DNA of 64,000 bases from Thalia democratica (GCA_965202585.1 OZ241831.1:14756001-14820000); one strand, 5' to 3'. Positions 1 through 10,889 are shown, counted from the first letter of the stretch. A program made the numbers and translations. Notes: a model not told the origin generated them from the sequence alone.

Positions 1-536
1 TTCACATTTGTTATCTTTTGTTCTGAACTTTTATTTCTATTTATATACTTATAACTTTTTAAAACATTTTACATGGTTTTAACTGCATTTAAGTTGATAA
101 AAAGAAGACGTTTAAAAGTTAAACCTTTGTTGTGTTGCTGATAATCAACAACAACAACTTAAAAATGTAACAAAAACTAAGGTTTTTTTTGGTATAAGTT
201 AAGTATACGTTACTGTATTATTTTTTTTAAACACTTATTTACTGAATGTTTTAACAGAAATTCAACAAATGAACAAGAAGTTGTATAGAAAAAAAAAAGT
301 TCACGGACAACGTATTGAAGTTAGTTAAATCCTTTTTTACATATACTACTGTTTTTTCAAATTAGACTTGAGCAATGGTAACCATAAGATTAAAACTTGA
401 AAGTACGACAAATTTTAAATCAAACAACTAAAGTGTTTGATCTTTTAATTCTTATAACAACCAGTTTGTTTGTACAATTATCAATTTGTGGCTTGTACTT
501 TAAGTAGATATCAATAGCCGGTTTTGTTCAAATGGT

Positions 537-552
537 GGTCCTAAAAAGGACC
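537..552 (-). terminator. Histone mRNA 3' stem-loop of H2B (present in every unit at the listed offsets)
   Basis: Minus strand GGTCCT-TTTT-AGGACC followed by ACCAT, 13 nt after the stop codon; fits the metazoan 6-bp stem/4-nt loop SLBP element. Confidence 0.95.
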
Positions 553-565
553 GGTTGTTGAGCAT

Positions 566-925
566 TTATTTTGAGCTGGTGTACTTGGTAACAGCTTTAG
601 TTCCCTCTGAAACTGCGTGCTTTGACAACTCGCCGGGGAGCAAGAGCCTGACAGCAGTTTGAATTTCGCGGCTGCTCACAGTTGACCTCTTGTTGTAATG
701 AGCCAAACGTGAAGCCTCTGCTGCAATGCGCTCGAAGATGTCGTTGACAAATGAGTTCATGATTCCCATCGCCTTGCTGGAAATTCCGGTGTCGGGGTGC
801 ACTTGCTTCAAAACTTTGTACACGTAGATGCCAAAGCTTTCTTTGTGCCTCCTCCTTCGCTTCTTCTTGCCGTCGACCGGGGTGGTCTTGGCTACTGACT
901 TCTTCGCGCCTTTGGTTGCGGTCAT
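566..925 (-). CDS. H2B: Histone H2B
   Basis: 119 aa, contains [16 protein letters not shown] and [16 protein letters not shown]; intronless; stem-loop downstream. Confidence 0.98.
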   Translation of the reverse strand: MTATKGAKKSVAKTTPVDGKKKRRRRHKESFGIYVYKVLKQVHPDTGISSKAMGIMNSFVNDIFERIAAEASRLAHYNKRSTVSSREIQTAVRLLLPGELSKHAVSEGTKAVTKYTSSK

Positions 926-957
926 GATGATGTGTGAACTTCAGTCTCGGCGCCAGC

Positions 958-999
958 TTATATACTGAAAGTTTATGCAAATTAGCATTTCCGTACGCG
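958..999 (-). promoter_or_regulatory. H2B promoter: CGCGTACGG (991-999), octamer CTAATTTGCAT (975-985) and TATA box (958-964)
   Basis: The minus strand reads CGCGTACGG-AAATG-CTAATTTGCAT-AAACTTTCAG-TATATAA, resembling the vertebrate H2B octamer-plus-TATA arrangement; present in all units. Confidence 0.8.
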
Positions 1000-1054
1000 A
1001 ACGACAGCCTCTCTCATTTTATGATTCTCTCGTTTGTCGTAAATATTTTTAGGT

Positions 1055-1070
1055 GGTCCTGAAAAGGACC
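1055..1070 (-). terminator. Histone mRNA 3' stem-loop of H2A (all units)
   Basis: Minus strand GGTCCT-TTTC-AGGACC, 14 nt after the stop. Confidence 0.95.
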
Positions 1071-1084
1071 TGGTTTGTTTTAAC

Positions 1085-1465
1085 TTAGGCTGATTTTTTT
1101 GAAGCGGTCTTCTTGGGCAATAATACTGCCTGGATGTTTGGAAGAACACCTCCTTGAGCAATAGTGACGCCGCCGAGAAGTTTGTTCAACTCTTCGTCGT
1201 TGCGGATAGCTAGTTGCAAATGGCGGGGAATGATCCTGCTTTTCTTGTTGTCACGAGCAGCGTTACCGGCAAGCTCGAGCACTTCTGCGCTCAAATACTC
1301 GAGAACGGCAGCCAGATAAACTGGAGCACCAGCTCCGACTCTTTGGCTGTAGTTGCCAGTGCGCAACAGGCGGTGCACGCGACCGACTGGAAACTGCAGT
1401 CCTGCACGAGAAGACCTGCTCTTCGGCTTAGATTTGAGTTTTGATCCTTTACCACGTCCCGACAT
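1085..1465 (-). CDS. H2A: Histone H2A (start trimmed to MSGRGK; 126 aa)
   Basis: [34 protein letters not shown]; the ORF-track start at 1501 lies upstream of the canonical start; no C-terminal SQ motif. Confidence 0.98.
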   Translation of the reverse strand: MSGRGKGSKLKSKPKSRSSRAGLQFPVGRVHRLLRTGNYSQRVGAGAPVYLAAVLEYLSAEVLELAGNAARDNKKSRIIPRHLQLAIRNDEELNKLLGGVTIAQGGVLPNIQAVLLPKKTASKKSA

Positions 1466-1508
1466 CTTGTTGTTCGAATGATTGTGCCAAGATGCTCGCA
1501 CAGCTCTG

Positions 1509-1554
1509 TATAAAACTCAAACCTAACCGCGTCGAACGAACAACTAATTTGCAT
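1509..1554 (-). promoter_or_regulatory. H2A promoter: octamer ATGCAAATTAG (1544-1554), CGCG core (1528-1531), weak TATA-like TTTATA (1509-1514)
   Basis: The 11-mer is identical to those upstream of H4, H3 and (inverted) H2B; the TATA call is weak. Confidence 0.7.
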
Positions 1555-1628
1555 ATGTCGTAGCTGCTCTTTAATCTTGTCAAAATGTTTGTTCAGCAGT
1601 GTTGAAGAAATTTGATTTTGAAATGGGT

Positions 1629-1644
1629 GGTCCTAAAAAGGACC
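1629..1644 (-). terminator. Histone mRNA 3' stem-loop of H4 (all units)
   Basis: Minus strand GGTCCT-TTTT-AGGACC followed by ACCCA, 15 nt after the stop. Confidence 0.95.
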
Positions 1645-1659
1645 GAGTTTGCTAGATGT

Positions 1660-2004
<345 letters not shown>

Positions 2005-2005
2005 T

Positions 2006-2056
2006 TATTTATAAGCTGTTACGGACGCGTACGGTTACTACTAAACTAATTTGCAT
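2006..2056 (-). promoter_or_regulatory. H4 promoter: octamer (2046-2056), plus-strand CGCGTACGG (2026-2034), TATAAATA (2006-2013)
   Basis: Motifs read directly from the sequence; TATA lies about 35 nt upstream of the ATG. Confidence 0.8.
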
Positions 2057-2129
2057 ACTCAGAAAAGTCTCTAACTTACATTCTTTCGTTTGGTTTATTT
2101 TTTCTCACTATCAAACAAAGTTTAAAAGT

Positions 2130-2145
2130 GGCCCTGAAAAGGACC
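2130..2145 (-). terminator. Histone mRNA 3' stem-loop of H3 (all units)
   Basis: Minus strand GGTCCT-TTTC-AGGGCC (one U-G wobble), 15 nt after the stop. Confidence 0.95.
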
Positions 2146-2160
2146 GGTTTTAGCTAATGC

Positions 2161-2697
<537 letters not shown>

Positions 2698-2725
2698 TCA
2701 TGTTTTGTTAATATTTTGATTGAGT

Positions 2726-2741
2726 GGTCCTGAAAAGGACC
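2726..2741 (-). terminator. Histone mRNA 3' stem-loop of H1 (all units)
   Basis: Minus strand GGTCCT-TTTC-AGGACC, 17 nt after the stop. Confidence 0.95.
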
Positions 2742-2758
2742 TTGGGTAAAAGAACAAC

Positions 2759-3346
2759 TTATTTTTTACAGCTCTTCTTGGTACTTGCCTTCTTAGATGC
2801 TTTTTTGGCTACCGGCTTCTTCTTGGTTACTTTCTTCTTCTTGCTTGCAGCTTTTTTAGATGCTGCTTTCTTAGGAGCACACTTTTTAGCAGGTCGCTTT
2901 TTGGCTGCTGGTTTTTTCGCTGCCTTCTTGGGAGCACACTTCTTTACTCGTTTCTTTGCTGCGGCCTTCTTTACTGCTGGCTTTTTAGCTACTTTTTTTG
3001 TCCTCTTCTTGGGACCAGCAGCTGGCATTGGAGCAAGCTTGAACGAGCCGGAAGCGCCTTTTCCAGTAGTCTGGAGAAAAGAACCTTTGGTCACGCCGCT
3101 GGTAAGTGCTCTCTTCAAGTGAGAATTAGAAGCTGAGAGGTCAAGCTTGTAGGTGTCCGCGATATATTTTTGTATCTTCTGGCGGGATGTACCTTTTCGT
3201 TCCTTCATTGCTCCCAGGGCAGAGCTAATCATCTCCCTGTAAGTCGGGTGTTCTGCCTTCTTGGCGCTTGGTCTCTTGGAAGACCTGGCCTTGGCTGCGG
3301 CCGCCGCCGCTGCTACTGCTGGTGCTGCTACTGCTGTGGTAGACAT
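2759..3346 (-). CDS. H1: Linker histone H1
   Basis: 195 aa; globular domain (HPTYREMI...GTSRQKIQKYI...LQTTGKGASGSFKL) plus a Lys/Ala/Pro-rich tail; stem-loop downstream. Confidence 0.95.
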   Translation of the reverse strand: MSTTAVAAPAVAAAAAAAKARSSKRPSAKKAEHPTYREMISSALGAMKERKGTSRQKIQKYIADTYKLDLSASNSHLKRALTSGVTKGSFLQTTGKGASGSFKLAPMPAAGPKKRTKKVAKKPAVKKAAAKKRVKKCAPKKAAKKPAAKKRPAKKCAPKKAASKKAASKKKKVTKKKPVAKKASKKASTKKSCKK

Positions 3347-5003
3347 TTTGTATGTATTTTAAAGCAACCGAAACAATACTTTTAGTAGTTACTGACTGTG
3401 ACGAATTGACTGTTGAGCAGTTTTACTTTGTGAAGTACCTTTTACTGATTAATACGAGCATTATCATGTGAGTTTAAAGCGCATATGCTCATAAAAGCAT
3501 AGTTATTTTTTTACGAACGTCAAAAACATTCCAGTGACAAAGAAACCAGACTTAGCCTGGTCGGAAACAGAGTTTTTTTTAAAGCTTAGCTTTAAAGGTC
3601 CAGAAAAACAGTCTAAAAGTTACAGCACACCTCTGCATTTAATAATATAAACCTCAAATGAAACAAAATACATTACTACACATCCGGTTTAGTTTTCTTC
3701 AGCTGCAAACTTAAAACTGTAAGATTTTAGACAAGCACAAGTATTTTTTCCACTTCAAGCTTAAGTTAAGTTTTATTATTTTAATTTCATTCGGTTTTGT
3801 CAATTGTAAAACCCATTAAGTATGTTTAACTTGATTACAACTTTAACTGTGCTGGTTAGTAAAAAGTAATTCATAAACAAACACAAGTATTTAATTTATG
3901 ATACTTTACAAGTTATCATTACTTTAAGTATACTTATATTCAAAATGGCAGTACTAAACCACATAAAAAAACTTAAGTTCATAAGTTTTGAATTTGTTCT
4001 TCCACATACTAGTAACTTCAAAAATGTTCTGAACAGTAGCCATACAAAACTTGTTAAAAAGCTAGAAACTAATGTTTAACTTGTTATATAAAACAGTCCC
4101 AACTAGTTACTAGTATTTCACAGTTAGAAAAATTTGAAACAACTTTTTAAAACTATTACACAGTTGTTTTGATTTTTTAACAACGTTTTATTTGTTATAC
4201 TCGAAGCTGAACTAAGAACTTTTTCTTTGTAGATTTCATGAAAAGAAAGCGAACAAATGGATTTGATCGTAACTTTCCAAAACAAGACGAAATAACTTGC
4301 ACTTAAATGAATATCAGTACTGTTCACTTATGTTCAAAGAAAAGGACCGAAATTTCAATATGAAGTTTAAAAGAGTTGCTTATTTTGAGACGAAGAACTT
4401 TACTTAAAAAAAGAGGTTAGGCTAATTTTAAAAGTAACAAAAGTACAGTTCAAAAATGACTGCATAATGATAGAAGTGTTTATGTTTACTAAGTGAAGAT
4501 TTGTTTAAATAAACTTTAATTGATTTACTGCTTAAAGTAGTTTCTAAGTGTAATAAAAACTAGATTCATTACAATGTTCTGCACAATTTAGACAGTTGAC
4601 TAAATGTTTTGCTGTGGTATATTTTAAAAAAGGTTGTTAAATCAACTCTAACTTGATATAAATGTAATTTCAAAATGTATTCTTTATTCTCAGGTGTTTT
4701 GAGCACTTCTGTTGTAACAACAGCATTTAAATTTCTAACATGTTAACAATTAGCTAATGTGTTTGTTTGATTTTTGTGTCTTTTCCTTTTAAAACAGGGT
4801 ATTTACTTATTTGAAAACTGTACGTTGCTTTTGCACTCGTACTATCATAGCTGAACAGTTTTACGAAGCTTACTTTGAAGCAAATAAAAAAAAAATAAGT
4901 AAAGGCAAGAAAAACTTAAATTATTTGTTAGTTAGAACAAAGTTAGCTCTAAACATAAGAAACACTTAAGCAAATAAGCTACAAGTTTCAGACAGTTCAT
5001 TGG

Positions 5004-5010
5004 TTTATAA
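5004..5010 (+). promoter_or_regulatory. TATA-like element at -29 to -23 of the 5S gene (all units)
   Basis: TTTATAA at the position typical of 5S upstream elements; C at position -1. Confidence 0.45.
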
Positions 5011-5032
5011 CAACTTTTTATCGTTTTCGAAC

Positions 5033-5156
5033 GCCTACGACCATACCACACTGAACACACCCCATCTCGTCCGATCTGGGAAGTTAAAAAAGTGTCGGGC
5101 TTAAAGGTTAGTACTTAGATGGGTGACCGCTTGGGAATACCGCGTGCCGTAGGCTT
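5033..5156 (+). rRNA. 5S rRNA: 5S rRNA gene, atypical variant (4 nt longer than canonical; functionality uncertain)
   Basis: GCCTACGACCATACC...CTCGTCCGATCT...GGTTAGTACTTAGATGGGTGACCGC...GGGAATACC...GTAGGCTT aligns with metazoan 5S over its full length. Confidence 0.88.
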
Positions 5157-5163
5157 TTATTTT
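5155..5163 (+). terminator. Pol III terminator T-runs after 5S (TTTTATTTT; all units)
   Basis: Two T4 tracts immediately after the 5S 3' end. Confidence 0.7.
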
Positions 5164-5409
5164 CAAGCACTTATTTGTTGGATTTATTCTTCATACTTAT
5201 TATGAAAGTTTCTAGTTTATCTTAAACATTTTTCAATAATAAATGACACACTAACTAGACTGTCATTTAGTTGTAGACTTATTTTGTCTGTTGCTTTCAT
5301 TTTGCTATTTATATAAAAGCCATAACTTTATTTCTTAAAAGCGTTTCGTTCTGCTCTAGACTTTTAACAAATATAACTTGAAATAAACAGTTGCAGTAGT
5401 TTTTAGTTA

Positions 5410-8160
5410 TCAAGTTGTCTCATACACAGTCTTCAATAAAGTTACAAAGCTGTTTACTTCTTTTCCTTTGCATAATGTTTCAGCTATTGGTTTTTTTACG
5501 CGTTGATGTTTTATGTTAAAAATCCATAAGCAACTAAGTTTAATAAAACAAGTCTAAGATTTGTAAAAAAAAAATTCAACTTTGCTATTCATGACAGTTG
5601 TACTGAAATTGAATGCTTTTTGGTCGTTTTTTTTCTTTAGAACAATCACTGTTGTTTACATTTATTTATTTTTGAAAATACATTTTGATAAGCATGATCA
5701 GTATAATTTTCATGAATAAACCTCTACTGTTCAAGTATTTTTTAAAATAATACGAAATTTATTAAAACTAACTGTTTTATTTTCATTCCATAATGAAATT
5801 ACTTTTTATAGTGACGTAGAACAAGTTTTAAAAATAAAGTTTAGTATTTATTAAATTAAAAAAAAAGTCTACGAAGTAAGCATAATTGAGAATTTTTTTT
5901 TTGTCTAAATAAAGAAGTTAACAAGAAAAAGCCTTTGGACAACACGTTTAAGTTAGTTGAAGCTTTTTATGAAACATCAAATTACAACTAGTTAACAAAA
6001 CTTATTCCACGATTTAGGCAATACTTTCAAAACATAACTAGCTCTCTTATTAAAAGTTGCTTAGAATGTCCAGTAAAAGTACAAAGGCAATAGTAAGTAT
6101 GCATATCTAGGTGACAAAAGAAAAGACAGAAAAAATATTATTTAGAAGTAAAATGTGTCATTCAACTAGCTCTAACTCTTACTTTTGATCTTTTACCACC
6201 ACAAAGTTGGTTGAGTTGCACATTTTTGTTGTTTAGTTAAAGCTTGTTTAACACTGCTTAGTAGACTTTAAAGCTGGTTAAATAAGCTGGTTGTCCTGAT
6301 TACATTAGATTAACTTGATAAAGCTATAAGCAATGCTAGATCAACTAAAAGATGTAAGCTTTTTAAAGTTATAGATTCGAAATGTTCTTTTTCGTTCATG
6401 TTGTGATGCATATATGTTGTTTTTTGTTTATGTATTTATGAGTTGTAATGCATGTTTTAAATGTGTTTTAGTTAAAGTTATTTTCTGAAACGATACAACA
6501 TAAATTAGACCCAAAGCTAAACTAATTTTCAACTTGATAAATCTGTGAACAATTTGAGTTCAATAAAAAGCTTTGTAAAAAGAATTCGGTTGTAATACAT
6601 GATGGTTGTTGTACTGAAATTGCAGTTTTGTTGATTTTTTTATTTTGGTTTGAACAGCTTCTGTTGTTAATTGTATTTTAAACTGTTTTACTTAGTTTGA
6701 GTTGCATTGTAATAAAAAGAAATAATAAATTTTAGAAACTACTGGTTTATTAGATTGTAATTGTTAATATCCAAAGTTAAGTTTGTTTTATTATAATTTA
6801 ATGTATTATTTTCATTTAAAATCTAATACTTTTTACAGTGACGTAGAACAGTATTTTTTAAATAAACTAAATACTTTTTCAATTTTACAAAAAGAAGTAT
6901 ACAAAATAAGCATAACGGGAATAAGTTTTGTTTAAAGAAAGAAGTTTACAAGAAAATCTTATGGACACAAAAATCAAGTTAGTTGAAGCTTTCTGCGAAA
7001 CGTATATTTATTTGTAATGTAACAGACTTAAGCAATGGTTTTTAAATACAACTAGCTCCCTCCTCAAAAGTAGTTTAAAATGTCATGTAAGAGAACAAAA
7101 ACAATTGTAAATACAAGTATGTGACAAAAAGTTAAAACACAAAAGTATAAGTTAGAAGTAAACTGTTTTATACAAACATTCTAACTCACCTTTTACCAGC
7201 ACAAAAAACATTAAGTTTGGTTCGTTTTTGTCGTCTAGTTAGAGCTTGTTTAATGCTGCTTAGTGGACATTGATATCTGGTTGAATCAGTTGGTGGTCCT
7301 TATCACTTTAGACTTATAACAGAAATGACTATAGACTGTAAAAGTCGTTTTAAGTCATCAAGTTGTCTCACATATAGTTGTAACAAGTAATACAAATGAG
7401 TGGTGACAAGCTGTTACTTCTTTTCCTTTCAGCTTAAAAATTGAGTTCTTTCATGTATTCGACTAATTAAGCAATCAAAAACAAACTAAATAGATGTCAG
7501 CTTTGTAAAATAAAAGTTTTAATGATAAGCTTTCATCAACTATTTCAGCTATTTTTGTTTTGGTAAATCGCGTACTTGTTTATAGTGTTGTTTTTCTTTG
7601 AACAATCGATGTTGTTTACATTTATGTATTTTAATGTATGATTTTTAAATTACTATGCATGTTTTTAATCGTGTTTTAGTTGTAATTAAACTATATTTTT
7701 TGTGAAACAAATATTGTTTGTTGTTAACAATTGAAAACATACTTTGTTGATAAACCAAAGTAAGTTTTATTCTTATTACTATTTAAGTGTACTATTTTCA
7801 TTGAAAAATATAAATAGTTTTTAAAGTGACGTAGCGTAACTTTTTTTAATAAGTTAAAAAACAAATAATTATTGAATGTTTAAGAAAAGTGCACAAAGTA
7901 AGAACGAATAAGATAGAGTTCTTAGAAAAAAAAAGATATCAAGAAGAAAAAGACATCCAAGTTAGTTAATTATGTTAAGCATTCAATTACAGTAGTTGTT
8001 ACATCAAGTTGTCTAACACCTAGTCTAAACAAGTAACTTTACCATGAAAATAATAAAACAAGCATTTTTTAACCGTGTTTAAGCTAATGAGTTGGTTTGT
8101 ATCATAGGGTGATGTTTTGGCTTGAAATGATATCTTAAATAAGCTAAATAGATGTCAGCC
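5410..8160. repeat. Diverged ~1-kb internal triplication in the spacer (copies at about 5410-6370, 6370-7350 and 7358-8160; all units)
   Basis: Collinear shared blocks: AGTGACGTAG at 5810/6837/7825; GTTGTACTGAAATTG at 5597/6608; AAGTTAGTT at about 5948/6977/7960; GCTTGTTTAA..CTGCTTAGT at about 6242/7244; TCAAGTTGTCTCA at 5410/7358. Boundaries approximate. Confidence 0.8.
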
Positions 8161-8757
8161 TTGTAGGTGGGAATACTTAAATGTGTTTGAAATTCACATT
8201 TGTTATCTTTTGTTCTGAACTTTTATTTCTATTTATATACTTATAACTTTTTAAAACATTTTACATGGTTTTAACTGCATTTAAGTTGATAAAAAGAAGA
8301 CGTTTAAAAGTTAAACCTTTGTTGTGTTGCTGATAATCAACAACAACAACTTAAAAATGTAACAAAAACTAAGGTTTTTTTTGGTATAAGTTAAGTATAC
8401 GTTACTGTATTATTTTTTTTAAACACTTATTTACTGAATGTTTTAACAGAAATTCAACAAATGAACAAGAAGTTGTATAGAAAAAAAAAAGTTCACGGAC
8501 AACGTATTGAAGTTAGTTAAATCCTTTTTTACATATACTACTGTTTTTTCAAATTAGACTTGAGCAATGGTAACCATAAGATTAAAACTTGAAAGTACGA
8601 CAAATTTTAAATCAAACAACTAAAGTGTTTGATCTTTTAATTCTTATAACAACCAGTTTGTTTGTACAATTATCAATTTGTGGCTTGTACTTTAAGTAGA
8701 TATCAATAGCCGGTTTTGTTCAAATGGTGGTCCTAAAAAGGACCGGTTGTTGAGCAT

Positions 8758-9117
8758 TTATTTTGAGCTGGTGTACTTGGTAACAGCTTTAGTTCCCTCT
8801 GAAACTGCGTGCTTTGACAACTCGCCGGGGAGCAAGAGCCTGACAGCAGTTTGAATTTCGCGGCTGCTCACAGTTGACCTCTTGTTGTAATGAGCCAAAC
8901 GTGAAGCCTCTGCTGCAATGCGCTCGAAGATGTCGTTGACAAATGAGTTCATGATTCCCATCGCCTTGCTGGAAATTCCGGTGTCGGGGTGCACTTGCTT
9001 CAAAACTTTGTACACGTAGATGCCAAAGCTTTCTTTGTGCCTCCTCCTTCGCTTCTTCTTGCCGTCGACCGGGGTGGTCTTGGCTACTGACTTCTTCGCG
9101 CCTTTGGTTGCGGTCAT
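8758..9117 (-). CDS. H2B: Histone H2B (unit 2)
   Basis: Protein identical to unit 1. Confidence 0.98.
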   Translation of the reverse strand: MTATKGAKKSVAKTTPVDGKKKRRRRHKESFGIYVYKVLKQVHPDTGISSKAMGIMNSFVNDIFERIAAEASRLAHYNKRSTVSSREIQTAVRLLLPGELSKHAVSEGTKAVTKYTSSK

Positions 9118-9276
9118 GATGATGTGTGAACTTCAGTCTCGGCGCCAGCTTATATACTGAAAGTTTATGCAAATTAGCATTTCCGTACGCGAACGACAGC
9201 CTCTCTCATTTTATGATTCTCTCGTTTGTCGTAAATATTTTTAGGTGGTCCTGAAAAGGACCTGGTTTGTTTTAAC

Positions 9277-9657
9277 TTAGGCTGATTTTTTTGAAGCGGT
9301 CTTCTTGGGCAATAATACTGCCTGGATGTTTGGAAGAACACCTCCTTGAGCAATAGTGACGCCGCCGAGAAGTTTGTTCAACTCTTCGTCGTTGCGGATA
9401 GCTAGTTGCAAATGGCGGGGAATGATCCTGCTTTTCTTGTTGTCACGAGCAGCGTTACCGGCAAGCTCGAGCACTTCTGCGCTCAAATACTCGAGAACGG
9501 CAGCCAGATAAACTGGAGCACCAGCTCCGACTCTTTGGCTGTAGTTGCCAGTGCGCAACAGGCGGTGCACGCGACCGACTGGAAACTGCAGTCCTGCACG
9601 AGAAGACCTGCTCTTCGGCTTAGATTTGAGTTTTGATCCTTTACCACGTCCCGACAT
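9277..9657 (-). CDS. H2A: Histone H2A (unit 2)
   Basis: Protein identical to unit 1; start trimmed to MSGRGK. Confidence 0.98.
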   Translation of the reverse strand: MSGRGKGSKLKSKPKSRSSRAGLQFPVGRVHRLLRTGNYSQRVGAGAPVYLAAVLEYLSAEVLELAGNAARDNKKSRIIPRHLQLAIRNDEELNKLLGGVTIAQGGVLPNIQAVLLPKKTASKKSA

Positions 9658-9851
9658 CTTGTTGTTCGAATGATTGTGCCAAGATGCTCGCACAGCTCTG
9701 TATAAAACTCAAACCTAACCGCGTCGAACGAACAACTAATTTGCATATGTCGTAGCTGCTCTTTAATCTTGTCAAAATGTTTGTTCAGCAGTGTTGAAGA
9801 AATTTGATTTTGAAATGGGTGGTCCTAAAAAGGACCGAGTTTGCTAAATGT

Positions 9852-10196
<345 letters not shown>

Positions 10197-10352
10197 TTAT
10201 TTATAAGCTGTTACGGACGCGTACGGTTACTACTAAACTAATTTGCATACTCAGAAAAGTCTCTAACTTACATTCTTTCGTTTGGTTTATTTTTTCTCAC
10301 TATCAAACAAAGTTTAAAAGTGGCCCTGAAAAGGACCGGTTTTAGCTAATGC

Positions 10353-10889
<537 letters not shown>

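Noticed and set aside
597-980. 127-aa alternative-frame ORF over H2B (also 1214-1444, 1291-1554, 2463-2654 and 3170-3385)
   Set aside because: Overlapping-frame by-products of GC-rich histone coding sequence; no recognisable domain and no own promoter or 3' signal.
1466-1501. N-terminal extensions on H2A (MRASW...) and H3 (MRPCL..., 2572-2634) in the ORF track
   Set aside because: They run into promoter sequence (the H3 one starts upstream of its TATA box); canonical MSGRGK and MARTKQ starts exist downstream.
4124-4327. 67-aa spacer ORF
   Set aside because: Non-ATG (GTG) start, short, AT-rich, no homology I recognise and no stem-loop.
4339-4348. GAAAAGGACC matching half of the histone stem-loop (and TGGTGGTCCT at 7291-7300)
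   Set aside because: Only one arm is present and no histone coding remnant is adjacent; compatible with chance.
5240-5269. 9-bp inverted repeat TAAATGACA/TGTCATTTA downstream of 5S
   Set aside because: Short, AT-rich and isolated; no MITE, Helitron or RNA-gene context supports it.
8168-8176. TGGGAATAC, matching the 3' part of 5S
   Set aside because: Nine-base match with no flanking 5S similarity; not evidence of a second 5S remnant.
3347-8757. Possible snRNA, U7 or spliced-leader RNA gene in the spacer (these often accompany 5S)
   Set aside because: No U1, U2, U5 or U6 signature or convincing SL exon/donor/Sm arrangement seen by eye. An Rfam cmscan would be needed to exclude a divergent one.
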